Positions 49,501 through 63,594 of a stretch of 64,000 bases of DNA are shown here, piece by piece. The position numbers and the translations under genes were made by a program. Every line of letters starts with the position of its first letter. The stretch's first letter is position 1. Source of the stretch: Balanoglossus misakiensis (taxonomy: Eukaryota; Animalia; Hemichordata). The stretch spans positions 6,386,001 through 6,450,000 of the forward strand of contig CM082590.2 in assembly GCA_040954595.2 (NCBI GenBank). The letters run 5' to 3'. The notes below the pieces were generated by a model, which saw only the letters and a list, made by a program, of their open reading frames with translations, had not been told where the DNA came from and did no database searches.

Positions 49501-51730
49501 TGTCATGCTTAAATCTCTTTTAACAGGTGTTCAATTAAAGTCCCGGGTGCCAACCATCCAGACAGTGTCTTTCTGTCTTGAAATGGCACAGGTTTACCCC
49601 TGTTGGTGAGATTCTACCGTCACCCAAACTGAGACAAAGTAGAACAAATGGCGCCTCAATTCTCTAATCATCCTTGTCCTCTCTGGGCCAATGTTCACCA
49701 GACCTGGCAACAGTCCAAAGTGTCAAAAAAAGATTATGTCTGCCCACCTAACAAAACTAATTTTTTTAGTCGATAAAGTGTTCCTGGCGGGAATTAATTC
49801 TGATTCAATACAACTCACCGTGAATTTGATCAAATTTTCTAAAAATCTAACTTTCCATCGCTGTTACTCAGTAATAGAAGCAGATATCCCAAAACAAAAT
49901 TTTCGTTTTTTTGCACGTGTACTCTAGTTTCGAATGACATATTAAGATGCATGGTCAACTTTTTTACCTAATTTCAATTGAATGACATAATATCAAAAAA
50001 TGTTTTTTTTTAACCCCAAAACGCCACCATTTCCGGGGGTCAATAACATGTGCAACTCAAACAAAAGTTCAAAAACTCAGCTTCCAGAATATTTATGGTT
50101 TATAGGGGTTTTAATGTTGTCTTTCATGAGAAAAGGCCTCTGAAAAAGTCTTGACGGTTTCGTGCAATGCAACCTTAATTGAGTCATATTTAAATCTCTC
50201 ATATTTAAATTTTTTTGAAGATTACGATGCAGTGAATGAAATCAGAGAACGCGAAAATTAATACTCGCGAAACTGGCCTCTCTCGATATCGCAAAAATTT
50301 CAACTCGCGAAAATAAAGTGTTTCACAGTATTTTTTAATTTGGCCTTATTGTAAAACAAAATCGCCAGACTCAAACCGTCCAGACAGTGTCTTTCTGTCT
50401 TTCTGTCTTGAATTGGCACATGTTTACCCCTGTTGGTGAGATTCTATTGTCAACCCAACTTAGAGGTGAACGCCTGGTCACCTCATTACAAAAGGTTCTT
50501 CTTTATACACTCTGGGTCGCACCTTAATTGATGTTATTGAAAGGGACAATTTCTATTCTTCAGTGGAACCATGTCACTGTACGAGTCGACACTCAGTACT
50601 TAAGTTTTATGTACTGTACTAGTACATGGGCGAATTGAACTAATAGTTAAGAGTGTCATGCTTAAATCTCTTTTAACAGGTGTTCAATTAAAGTCCCGGG
50701 TGCCAACCATCCAGACAGTGTCTTTCTGTCTTGAAATGGCACAGGTTTACCCCTGTTGGTGAGATTCTACCGTCACCCAAACTGAGACAAAGTAGAACAG
50801 CGTCACCTCAATTCTCTAATCATCCTTGTCCTCTCTGGGCAAATGTTCACCAGACCTGGCAACAGTCCAAAGTGTCTGCCCACCGATTGTTCGCAAAGTC
50901 AATCTGACCTGAATGTAATTATATTTTAAATATAAATACAATTGTTTTTATATATAATGAAAGATGCATGCATTTTCCTGAGCAATAAATGATCGCGAAT
51001 AAAAATAAGAAGTCGCTTAAACATAGTCAAACAAGCTCGCAAGAAAATGTTGTATTGTATTTAACATTTGTGAACGAATGGAGATCTAACTTTGTCGAAC
51101 GTATTCAGCATTGTAAATTAGCTTATGCGAGTAAATCGTATGTAGTCATAAGTGAAACGTCGGCAGCTTAGGGGTTCTTGAATAGTTATTCAGGTGCTAG
51201 GTTCTTAGTGTACGCATGACAGACTTCTTCCTCACCTCTCCTGAATCTTGTTTTGAACAGAACAAATATTTGTGGCTTACAATGACAATTATTGTTAATT
51301 TAATGTGAGTGAATTGACTCATGGGAAAAAATGCTGGTGAAAGCAGCTTTAACTCGATGAGAAAAACTTGGTTCCCTTGGCAACGTTGTTGTTAACAACA
51401 CAAACAAATCTTTCAAAGTGACTTGTTGTTGCGAAATTTAACCAATCGAATTTCAGGACTATTGTCACAATAATTTCATCAACCAATAGCTCAGGGTGAC
51501 TTTGTTGCACCGTTTGTACATAAGAAGTTCTGTTGCCATCGTCCCAGCAGTGCGCGCACCTCTGCATCGAAGACAACATCTGAATACACCGCTGGTTGAA
51601 ACACTGAAGCTGAAAAATGGGGTAGGTTTCAAAATTCAGTCGTTTTACTTGGGTACCATACTCTGGTTGTCATATCGAAATATCGCCAATAGACACTGTT
51701 GTGCTATTTAGTATCACTGTCATGGCTCAG
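46540..51730 (+). repeat. Upstream block copy 2, containing a ~1.15-kb tandem repeat (~2.6 copies, ~47935-50880)
   Basis: Homologous to 37520-40300. AGTGAATGAAATCAGAGAACGCG recurs at ~47935, ~49078 and ~50231. Confidence 0.92.
47553..47632 (+). mobile_element. Degenerate tRNA-derived SINE head (also ~38546 and ~59151)
   Basis: A-box-like TAGTCCAGTGG, B-box-like GGATCGAGCCC, then TTGTGTACC(T/G)TGAG. The box spacing is too short for an intact tRNA. Confidence 0.35.
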
Positions 51731-54700
51731 ATGCTTTGCTTATTTATTTTGTTATTCCCTGTTTTATATAAACTTTGAACAGTACTTATAATTCTGCACT
51801 GGTAGCTGACCGTCCTGATATTAACGAAAAGATGATAAAAAACACATTTTCAACTTAAAACTCATGGTACCTAACAGCATTTTCACCAGTCTAATTTTCA
51901 TCAGCCTATTCACTGTTTATAAATGTACAAGTTTTAAGAAACTCGTTTCTTTGTCAGATCTTACGTTTCTAGTGTTTCTGGGCCTGTTTACAACTAAATT
52001 TCAAAATTGAAATGTGATCTCATTTTCAAACTACGTTTTGCTGAGATCTATGAGAAGAATATAAATTTATAATGTTAGATATGAGCAGGTTTTCTTATTT
52101 TAAAATATTGTTATAGTATTCTTCTATACAATTAATTAATTAATTAATGTATAAAAAGCACCTAATTAATTAATTAATAAGATCTGAAAGTTGCGTTTCA
52201 GGGAGATTTAATACTAGTGGCTGCATTTTCAAAAGTTTGCTCTACTCGTAATGCAGACGACGACTCCTGCCCAATTGAATTCACATATGCTCAGATCGAA
52301 TGGTCGGTGTTGAAGGTGTATTTACCACTCAATGTATAAAAAGCACCTTTCCTATCTCCGGAGAACAGGCAAATCCATTGGAAGGCATATAAGCCTGGTC
52401 GTGCTCTGCAGTTTGGTATACACAACTGCTTTTCGAGCTGGAGCGCAGTGCACTACTAGGCTTATATGGCTTTATCAGAGACATTTCTTTTCTTTTTTTC
52501 CACAGATGCAAATTGGAGTATATCTTGTTAGTGGTGGCATTAGTCGTCGCCATGGCTACTATCAAAACAGAAGCTGGTGAGTTTTTTTAATTCTATTGCA
52601 CAAAAGTGTTATCAATGAAGTTTAACATAAACGGTTGGTTTTATATTTATAGATTCGCTACTAATTATATTCACCAACATTTCAAATATTTCAATGTAAA
52701 TATATTTTTTGCATCCTATGAAAAACAAAAGTTTGAAGTGATAACAAATCAAACGTTTAACGCTGGGCTGCTCCCAGGAATGGATATTTACAGAAATGAT
52801 GATTAAGTTACCAAATTATCTGTAACACGTGTATGCTCCCATGGTCACTGTTTTTTATTAAAGGGACACTGGCTGTAACTTTTGGCTTTAGTTTGAGTAT
52901 TTTTGTTCTGTGTAACAAATGCAATTTCTTGTTCGACTCCAACCAGCATGTTAATATACATGTACTGACTGCTTGTCCATATAGCCTGTATGTACCGGTA
53001 TATTATTTTTGACAAATGAATTCGAGTCTGGACTTGTGCACAATAACAATGCTGATGTTACACATATATGCTGGGCATTTTATCTTACTTCGGAAACAAA
53101 AATACTGAAGACATAGCGAAGAATTTCAGCTAATGGAGCATTACATATTTGCACATTGAGAGTAATACGAACAAACATTAACTTGACACAGTTCAATTTC
53201 TGGACACCAAATTTCGGACACAGTTTTTGCATGTTAACAAGGGCGAGGGAGTGTTTCCAAATGTTTTGTGTAGGATCAGAAAACCAACCAGAATCAGGTC
53301 AACAAACAACTAACTCTCCATGGTCGTTGCACCTTTCTCTTGTGTGTGCCCGATTCCTGTGTCATGTTGTTTTGAATACAGTGAACGAATCGTCTTATAC
53401 AAGGATCTTGAAAATGTATTGATTTTTGTTGTGAGTTAAGCATGCTTTAAAATATACAAAAATACTGACCCTCTAGGAAGCATAGTTACCTCTTACAAAT
53501 AATATAAGCTCACCTCTGTTCAGAACAATACATAATTGCATATTAAATTTAACTGTGTTGTTACTATACTTTATAGCCATAGGTGCTAAGCCCAACAGTT
53601 TCACAGCAACATTGCCTGCAACGTACACCATCGACACAGCCACAGCAGTCGATTTCACCTTCTCCATCGGACTGACCAATGACAATGCTGGAGCTGCTGC
53701 AGACTGCATCGCCATCAAGGTTTACCTGTCTGATGATACATCTCTGACCACAAAGTCGAGTGCATTCACAGTCGGCCCAACTACAACATTTCCGGTCAGC
53801 GTCGCCGCCTCGGCTGATGGAAACACTGCTACGACTGGTTTGACAGCTAGTGTGATTGCTGACAGGGCACAATGCGCATCCTACGCGTACTTGTGCGCTC
53901 AAGTGTCACCAGACAACGCCATAGATTGTTTTGACATAAGTTCCAAAATTTCATGTCCAGGTAAATAGTTTTCACATATTATAATCATCGTCGATGTTGC
54001 AGCTGCCATGTCGAAATAATTGTGTTGTCTTTCACATTCCTTGTTTGTCTGTCGCATTATGTCATGTAAATTGTACATTGAACTAAATCTCAAAAAGCAG
54101 TGCAATACTGTGAGGTTGTTAGGAAAATACCGCAAAGTATGCAATAATGGAGTGTGGGATAACACTAAACCAACGTGTTCCGGTAAGATATGAGCTAAAA
54201 TTTTAAAAAAAAATATTCCATGAAATGTATAGTGTATGCCACTGGAAACAAAACCTAACTGCTGTGTTTTATTTGAGTCTGAAAGAATCCATAATTCACA
54301 TAAATGATGAATATAAAAACAATAATTTACACCATAGTCGATTTGTAGACTCCACAGAAAACGACTGCTAAAGCCAGTTCAAGTGGTTTCACTGAAACAT
54401 TGCAATCTTGGCGTTCCTAACAAATATGCAATGTGTGAATGCTTCTTTTTTCGGTTCTAGTGTATCCTTGTGAACATGTAAGTCACAAATCTCTGTTGTT
54501 TTCACAAAGCCCAATATTTTTTCGCAGACAACTGTTATCATGGATGCCTCCATTATCTGTATTCCAATGAATAGAAGCTATAACAAAGGAATCATACCTC
54601 CGGCTAAATAAATAGTACAGTTGACACGCCTCTAAGAGTCTTACTACTGATGAACATTTGTGATTAAAAAGCCTAGACAACTTCTTGGAACAACGCCAAA

Positions 54701-55478
54701 GACAGTTGATTATACATTGTTTGACCAATAACTATATTGTCCATTTTGTACATTCTGTAGATCCAACCACTGTAGCACCCACTGTAGCACCCACTGCAGC
54801 ACCCACAGCAGCACCCACTGCAGCAACCATTGCAGCAACCCAACATGGAAACATGACAGAGCCAGGTAAATTTATATCCCTCGGGGACATTTTTAGAAAT
54901 AGTTTGTTCCTCCATATCTTTCAATTCTTTACTAAATTAAAGTGTGTAAGGAGAATGTATGAAAACAAAGAAGAATACAAGGTGTTCACTGCCTTGTTTT
55001 CAAAACAAATATTCACTTTATATTTTCTCTCTAGACTTAACAAAGGGATTGGCGGCCATTTTGAAATTCAAAATTCAAACAATTTGACACAATTTTTCTA
55101 AATTTGCCAATTTAGAGAAATAGCTTATATCAGCTTATATCTACTCTATTTATTTGTAAACAACAACAACAATAGTCACTAGAGTTGTCTGTCTTTGCTT
55201 AAATAAGTCAGAGAAAATACCGAAATAATATAATATTATGGAAATAGTGAACATTAATAACTGTATTTCACGTGATTTGAGCCATAAAGTACCAAAATAT
55301 AAGCCAATTAACTAAAACACAATGTAGTTCAATAACATATGATTGCCGTGAAAAATTATGTAAAGATAAATTTGAATATAATCTTTTTGTTTCAGGTTCT
55401 GGAGTTGCAGGGATTTCCAATGGAATCTACTGTGTTCTGATCAGTCTGTGTATTTACACAGTCATGATTATGAAGTAA
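51617..55478 (+). CDS. Uncharacterised single-domain, predicted GPI-anchored surface protein (paralogue Y), 215 aa
   Basis: Exons 51617-51621 (ATG GG|gtaggt), 52506-52576 (MGCKLEYILLVVALVVAMATIKTEA), 53577-53960 (128-codon beta-rich Cys domain), 54761-54865 (PTVA/PTAA stalk) and 55396-55478 (GSGVAG plus hydrophobic tail) total 648 nt in frame, all GT-AG. Confidence 0.88.
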
Positions 55479-57530
55479 AGACGTTCTAGAAGGTAAGCGC
55501 CATTTTAGTGGAGTAGACCGTTTTTGGTTAGAAAATTTACATAAGAAGATACTAGAGTATGTTAGTAGGCATGTAGAGCTATACTGGTACATGTGAAACA
55601 TTTGTAAGAACTCCAAGACATTCACACGATCATTGAGTTCTTTCTCAGATTTGTGATGCCTTGCATATACTAAATAAGTCCAATCACTCTGATATTATTA
55701 GCTGACCTGAACATTGCTTGTGTATAGGGGAAAAGGAAAATTTCATAGATTATGTTAGTAGGATAGTTTGAGAATAAAATATAGGCCTGAACAACATGCC
55801 TGAAATACTGGAACTCAGCATGCAAAATCTTCCCATAGTGCTATCGCCCATGTATCCATTGCCAGAAGTCAGGACCAAACAATAACCTGAGGACTATAAA
55901 ATCGTGACATTTGTTTTGTCCATTTTGTTTCAGGACTGTTATAAACACTACAGACCTGCGGAACCAGTGTCATACCTGTTTCACTAAGCTTTCAACAATT
56001 AAAGGGACAAAGTCTCTCTCTCGCTGCCTTTTTTTCTATTAAAAATTCTGTTTGATACAAGACACCATTTATGTTAATGTACATGTGGATGTATAGTGAA
56101 TCAATGTTGGACCACACACAACTTCCATCCCGCTTGTAGACACGAGAGTGAAAAACTCGTCAAAATGAATAATCGGTCTCTACCATTTATTCATTTTGGG
56201 CGAGATTTTTACTCTCATATCCTCCAAACCTGATTGAAGTTGTGGGTGGTTGAACTTTGTCCTTTTAATGAACTTGTTAGCATTCCCTTGCACAGCAAGT
56301 GAAGTGTATGTAATTTGGATGTTCAGTCAGAATCAATGCGAATAGGAATAGGTCAGAAAACAAAGAAAATGAAAATTTAAAAATGGCTTATTTTATGTGT
56401 CTTTAAAATTTACCATATCTTATTCACCCCTCTCAGTATTTGTGAAATCAAATTCTATCAAAACTGTTTGAGAAAATCTTTATAATTCTAAATTAGATCA
56501 ATTCATTAGGCCAAAAAAATATGTGCTGTTCCGATTACATGGTTTTCAAAAGTAGGGTAGGTAGCTAGGAAATTGTTTTAGTTTGCAATTTTCTTTATAC
56601 CTTTGGCCGCCGTAGTGTAGAAGAATGACATCATAGTTCTTGCATGATTCTCGCAATTTTCATAAAGTTTGTATATTTGACGTCTTTGTTTTTACTTCCG
56701 GTTTACGAAGGTCTAAAAAGTTTAGGGTCGTTGGGCTAAAATTAGGGTAGGTCGGGTAATCAGAACAGCTCATATTTTTTATTTGGCCTTCTTAGTTTAA
56801 CATTTTGAATCCTAATGTAATCAGTACATTGTAGTAATGTTGTTTTTTATTTTACTAAATCTTCATCTACGCTTCACGTTAACGTCCAAATAGTGAGTGT
56901 TGCTTAATTCTTAATCTATAATTATGGCACGACATTTTGGATGGTGTTAGTTTTTGACGATGCTATGGATGACGTCAAATGAAATGTTTGTCACGACATT
57001 TTGTGACGAATGTATCATTTGTTCGCACGACTCCGTATCCGAGACTGACTCCCACTAGAGGGCGTACTTTCATATGGCCTGTCATGACATGGATATATTT
57101 GAGGAATTTATCAAACACAAATTCACATTACATTTTTGCACAGATTGTTGAAGTGTTATCATACTTGGATTATTTTACACGCAAGGAAATAAATTGTGTT
57201 GGTAGACCAGCATTTCTTTGTCTTTTGTATTCTTGTGTATGAACCACGAAATGTGAAATCGCGAAACAATCTTTGTTGTCGTTTTCTAAAATGTCGTCTC
57301 ATTTTCCCTTGGTGTCATTGGGAGACTCAAACATAAAAACAAGGTAATTTGAACTTTATATCAAGGTATCGTACCAAGCCTTCTATACCAGAATAAGTGA
57401 GCCCTCAACGGCAAAACTGGCCAACCGTTGAGGGCGCAACAGATAGTGGATGTTGTCAACATCAGGCAGCTGTGACTTTTCCATTTGAACTTGAATTAGA
57501 GATGTCAGATATAGGAAGAAATATCCATGA
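54588..57530 (+). repeat. Downstream duplicated block, copy 2
   Basis: Colinear with 42519-46047. Confidence 0.93.
55999..56268. mobile_element. MITE family A (right arm deleted) in the 3' region of paralogue Y
   Basis: Equivalent position to 44539-44803. Confidence 0.85.
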
Positions 57531-57570
57531 ATCATTGGATGAGTACGGACTGGAGGAAGCATGACATTTA

Positions 57571-57678
57571 TGTGTGTGTGTGTGTGTACATGTATGTATG
57601 TATGTATGTATGTATGTATGTATGTATGTATGTATGTATGTATGTATGTATGTATGTATGTATGTCTGTATGTCTGTA

Positions 57679-57725
<47 letters not shown>

Positions 57726-57772
57726 ATGTATGTATGTATGTATGTATGTATGTATGTATGTATGTATGTATG
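57571..57772 (+). repeat. Compound (TG)/(TATG)/(TCTG) microsatellite
   Basis: Paralogous in position to 36641-37183. Confidence 0.95.
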
Positions 57773-60700
57773 ACAGAGTCTTAACAGAGTCTTAACAATA
57801 AACAGTCGACACTCAACACTGCTTTGTCACAAAAATACCAGGCATATTAAAACTACTTTATGACATGGTCCAGAAAATGCAAATTGCGGGTGCCCATGTT
57901 AATTGTCGCCGATGAAAGACACTGGTGATGATGTTGTTCGAGGGTTTGTTCACTACAGAGCACGGTCACGTCTATTCAACTCTCTTAATGATTCTTGACC
58001 TTGTTTTGACCCACTTTCCCTCTCCACCCTCGGACACAGAAGACAATAAAAGACAATAAAAGACTCCACAATGCTCTATTGTTAATCACAGTCTGGAGCA
58101 ACTGTTGGTAGGCTAGCCTACAGAATAAACCGCAGAGAACATCTGTTGATAAAGGCAATTACATTCTTCCAGGGGCAAGGTGCCATGAGTTGGTGGTGTG
58201 GTCGTGAGAGACCCACAGAACTTCAATCGTCTGAAATTATCCACTTTCCCAAGATTAGAATCATGAATAACCTTGACAAAAAGTGCATTTCTCTTTATCA
58301 ATCATTCAACCCATTTTTCACAATGAGAATTTAATTTTGTGATTTTTTTATATGTAAGGTCGGGTAATCGGAACAGCACATATTTTTTTTTTATTTGGCC
58401 TTATTGTAAAACAACATCGCCAAACGCAAACCATCCAGACAGTGTCTTTCTGTCTTGAATTGGCACACGTTTACCCCTGTTGGTGAGATTCTATTGTCAA
58501 CCCAACTTAGAGGTGAACGCCTGGTCACCTCATTACAAAAGGTTCTTCTTTATACACTCTGGGTCGCACCTTGATGTTATTGAAAGGGACAATTTCTATT
58601 CTTCAGTGGAAGCATGTCACTGTACGAGTCGACACTCAGTACTTAAGTTTTATGTACTAGTACATGGGCGAATTGAACTAATAGTACAGTTAATAGTGTC
58701 TTGTTTAAATCTCTGTTATCAGTTGTTCAATTAAAGCCCCATGAGCTGCAACTCTGGACATTTTAAAGCTTTAAAAAATCTCGGACATGCTTTTAGTGCC
58801 AACCACCCAGACACGTTGGTGAGATTCTACTGTCACCCAAACTGAGACAAAGTAGAACAAATGGCACCATCAATTGTCTAGTCATCCATGTCCTAAAAAC
58901 AAGTTTAATATAAGTGGGTGTGACACCCTTTTATTTAGCTAGCCATTGCCAGAGTACACAACTATCGTGGTATGCACACATGGGTATTAGAATTTCCATC
59001 GGGAAACATGCTGAGTTCTGCAGCTTGAGTTGCAAATGAGTTTCCAATGGTACGTGAAAAAATACAAAAGGTGCCGTTCTACCGTTTTAACACGATGATA
59101 AACATGACTGGCAATATATAGCTGTTGACATATTTTAGATTTTCATGACGGGACATCATAGTCCAGTGGTTAGAGCATTGGATCGAGTCCTAACTTGAAT
59201 ACAGTATTTGTGTACCTTGAGGGGCAGACAAAAATTTGACTCCGACAGTGAACATCAGGAGACTACACTGAATGGAATTGCGAGAAAGTGATTGGATTTA
59301 GATGGTGCATGCATGTACGATAGCTGATCAGTGGGCTTCATCTCTCATATGGAATTTATCGATGAAAGGCCTGACAGTGACGGTATCTGAGTCTTATTGT
59401 GAATTATCCAGACAGTGTCTTTCTGTCTTGAATGGGCACACGCTCAGCTTTGTTTGTGAGATTCTACTGTCCATCCAATTACTTCTAGGGTCAACGGCTG
59501 GTCACCTCAAGAAGTAGTGCCCTCTTTATCCACTCAGGGAGTGCACCGTGACATTCTTGAAAAGGAAGCTGTCTCAAGGACAATTCCTATTCTTCAGTGG
59601 AAGCATGTCACTGTACGAGTCAACACACGGTAGATGTATTATTTCTTCATGTACACGGGGGAATAGAACTAATATGTGGTTAAACATAGAGAACTGCACA
59701 CAGCAGATTCAAACAGAATTCTTGCTGCCTTAAATACTAGTATTTTTTAATTTGGCCTTATTGTAAAACAAAATCGCCAGACTCAAACCGTCCAGACAGT
59801 GTCTTTCTGTCTTTCTGTCTTGAATTGGCACATGTTTACCCCTGTTGGTGAGATTCTATCGTCAACCCAACTTTTATGTACTGTACTAGTACATGGGCGA
59901 ATTGAACTAATAGTTAATAGTGTCATGCTTAAATGTCTTTTAACAGGTGTTCAATTAAAGTCCCGGGTGCCAACCATCCAGACAGTGTCTTTCTGTCTTG
60001 AAATGGCACAAGTTTACCCCTGTTGGTAAGGTCACCCAAACTGAGACAATGTAGAACATGGTCACCTCAATTCTCTAGTCATCCTTGTCCTCTCTGGGCC
60101 AATGTTCACCAGACCTGGCATGTGTCCAAAGTGTCAAAAAAAGATTATGTCTGCCCACCTAACAAAACTAATTTTTTTTAGTCGATAAAGTGTTCCTGGC
60201 GGGAATAAATTCTGATTCAATACAACTCACCGTGAATTTGATCAAATTTTCAAAAAATCTAACTTTCCATCGCTGTTACTCAGTAATAGAAGCAGATATC
60301 CCAAAACAAAATTTTCGTTTTTTTGCACGTGTACTCTAGTTTCGAATGACATATTAAGATGCATGGTCAACTTTTTTACCTAATTTCAATTGAATGACAT
60401 AATATCAAAAAATGTTTTTTTTTAACCCCAAAACGCCACCATCTCCGGGGGTCAATAACATGTGCAAGTTAAACAAAGGTTCAAAAACTCAGCTTCCAGA
60501 ATATTTATGATTTATAGGGGTTTTAATGTTGTCTTTGATGAGAAAAAGGCCTCTGAAAAAGTCTTGACGGTTTCGTGCAATGCAACCTTAATTGAGTCAT
60601 ATTTAAATCTCTCATATTTAAATTTTTTGAAGATAACGATGCAGTGAATGAAATCAGAGAACGCGAAAATTAATACTCGCGAAACTGGCCTCTCTCGATA

Positions 60701-61900
60701 TCGCAAAAATTTCAACTCGCGAAAATAAAGTGTTTTACAGTATTTTTTAATTTGGCCTTATTGTAAAACAAAATCGCTAGACTCAAACCGTCCAGACCGT
60801 GTCTTTCTGTCTTGAATTGGCACACGTTTACCCCTGTTGGTGAGATCACCCAAACTGAGACAAAGTAGAACATGGTCACCTCAATTCTCTAGTCATCCTT
60901 GTCCTCTCTAGGCAAATGTTCACCAGACCTGGCAACAGTCCAAAGTGTCAAAAAGATTATGTCTGCCCACCGATTGTTCGCGAGGTCAATCTGACCTTAA
61001 GGTTATTATATTTTCAAAATAAATACAATAGTTTTTATATATAATGAAAGATGCATGCATTTTCCTGAGCAATAAATGATCGCGAATAAAAATAAGAAGT
61101 CGCTTAAACATAGTCAAACAAGCTCGCAAGAAAATGTTGTATTGTATTTAACACTTGTGAACGAATGGAGATCTAACTTTGTCGAACGTATTCAGCACTG
61201 TAAATTAGCTTATGCGAGTAAATCGTATGTAGTCATAAGTGAAACGTCGGCAGCTTAGGGGTTCTTGAATAATTATTCAGGTGCTAGGTTCTTAGTGTAC
61301 GCGTGACAGACTTCTTTCTCTACACTCATGAATCTTGTTTTGAACAGAACAAACGTTTGTGGCTTACAATGACAATTATTGTTAATTTAATGCGAGTGAA
61401 TTGACTCATGGGGGAAATGCTGGCGAAAGCAGCTTTAACTCGACGAGAACAACTCTGTTTCATTGGCAACGCTGTTGTTAACATCAGGAACAATTCTTTC
61501 AAATTAAGTTGGTGTCGTCATTTTTAACCAATCAAACGTCGAGTCTATTTGCACGCTCATTTTGTCAACCAGGGTGACTTTGTTGCACCATTTGTACATA
61601 AGAAGTTCTGTTGTCCTCGTCCCAGCAGTGCGCGCACTTCTGCATCGAAAACAACTTCCAAAAACGTTGCGGGCTGAACACTGAAGCTGAAAAATGGGGT
61701 AGGTTACAAAATTCAGTCGTTTTGCTTGGGTTTCATACTCCGGTTGTCACGACGAACTACCGCCTGTCATGTTATTTAGTGTCACCATGATGGATCAGCT
61801 TTTCTCATTTTGTCTCTAACTCTCTGCATTGATAATTTCAACATTTGCTTGGTATGAACTTTGGTGAGTTTTTATCTTTTTGCACTGAACATATGGGGAA
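57770..61900 (+). repeat. Upstream block copy 3
   Basis: Near-identical to 37181-39950, plus segments shared only with copy 2. Confidence 0.92.
61694..61698 (+). CDS. First coding exon (ATG GG) of a third paralogue Z; the rest presumably lies beyond the window
   Basis: Third copy of the promoter/exon-1 module: CCAAT, TACATAAGAAG, ...GAAAAATGGG|GTAGGT, as at 40134 and 51617. Confidence 0.6.
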
Positions 61901-62350
61901 GTAGTAGGACTAAAAATATCCACACCATCTATGCCAAATATAAGAACAGTGTATTCCTTTACATAACAGGGAAAATCAGATGTTCCCAGGTCGAACGGCA
62001 AATGAGTAAGACCTGGTGGAATTTACCACTCAACAACTAATCTCGCATCCACTTTTAGTTCTCGAACAATACCATGTCTAACACACATGATTTGCCGTCC
62101 ACAAAAATGTTAAATGAGAACACTACCATGCAACCAAACAAAAACGCCACAGGCAGGTATAGACGCGACATTTAATGCATTTTCATTTGATTTCACGTTT
62201 GGTGAAATTACTATACCTCCAAGGTGCTGTTTTGTGATTGTGTGGCTGTAGATAAAAAGTTTAATAGAAAAATGAATATCATGTGTTCATATTTCGACTT
62301 TCACTTTAGGGTGTTTTACTATTAGGTCACGCCGTGAGCTTCACGATATA

Positions 62351-63594
62351 AATTATTATATATAATTCCCCCGTATTTCGAACGAGTGTGTCTGCGTCGC
62401 GGACGAGTGATTCCCCGTATAGCGGCCGTATCCCTCCGAGCCGCAGGCGAGGAGGGATACAGCTATACGGGGAATCACGAGTTCGCGACGCAGACACACT
62501 CGTTCGAAATACGGGGGAATTATATGTTTATCACATACATAGACCCAGTTTCCATTAAAATGAGTTTCATCGCGAATTTAAAACATTTCCGCGAAAAAAA
62601 GATGGCACTATTTTCTAAGGATGGACGGGTCATGTTATGCGGTCGGGGTCACATGGAACCGGACGTTCAACCGCGGTCAGCTGTTACAGTTGGCTAACGG
62701 CCCTTGAATGTTAGGATTTACGTACTATTTGGATAATTCCTGTGTGAAATCATACGAATTACAAGAGACAAGAAGTTTCACTTCAACTGAAGATATTTCT
62801 TTGGTAGGTAAATACTCATGAAAACACTGATAACACGACGAATTCAGAAAACAACGAAAGTTACTAGTATTGGCTTCGCGGCGTCATTGTTGACAACGGA
62901 CATTAGCAAAAACTGAATATTTTCATTGACTTCAGTTCGGAAATAAATTGCAAGTAACATATTACTAGTAATTTTAAATTTGTGAAATATTTAGCAATAA
63001 AATGGTTGTTTAATATTTATATTGAAGACGTGTCAGTTTAAAATCTTAACGCAAATGTTATCAAAGATGAACGAAACAGAGAAGTTGCGGCGTGGAAACC
63101 GAAAATATTTATAATACTTCAGCTGGAATATTCAATACAACAACTTGAACAAGAGTTATTCAATGTCAAATTTTACTGGAAATCCTGTGAACTGTCGTCG
63201 CTTGGGGCCTGGGATCGAAATACAATGTTATTTCTCCTACGCTTTACGTCTCGAGAGGTGTCGTCACTGCTATTTGAAATGACGAACGGTCGTCGCTTTC
63301 TCCGCGGCTCGACGTGTTGATTGCAGGCTGTGCTGCTCGACGCCCCGGCGATGTTTAGCGTGACGCTTAACTTGCAATTTGTCAGAGAGGCACCAGAAAA
63401 CATCCCGCCTGCCGCAGAAGTCAGGGAATTCGCTGTTGGGTCGATGTTGTTGTCCGATATGGATAGAGAGGGTGGCCTGGCAGCAGTGAACGGTTGGCCC
63501 CGGCACGGTACAAGTTGACTCCCGGCCTCAGCTCCGGTCAATATGTCCGACATCATTTCTTGCTGCTGCAAAGAGTTCACCGCGTACGAATTAA
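62351..63594 (-). mobile_element. 3' part of a Crypton-like tyrosine-recombinase (DUF3504-type) element with a terminal 166-bp hairpin
   Basis: The minus-strand frame reads NSYAVNSLQQQEMMSDIL...GGMFSGASLTNCKLSVTLN...RKRRPFVISNSSDD (63173-63592), which resembles DUF3504/Crypton C-termini; the Tyr of SY is the candidate nucleophile. Hairpin at 62360-62525. Confidence 0.65.

Noticed and set aside
52506-52580. ATG at the exon start giving MQIGVYLVSGG...
   Set aside because: Wrong frame; the signal peptide is in the frame set by the upstream ATG GG exon.
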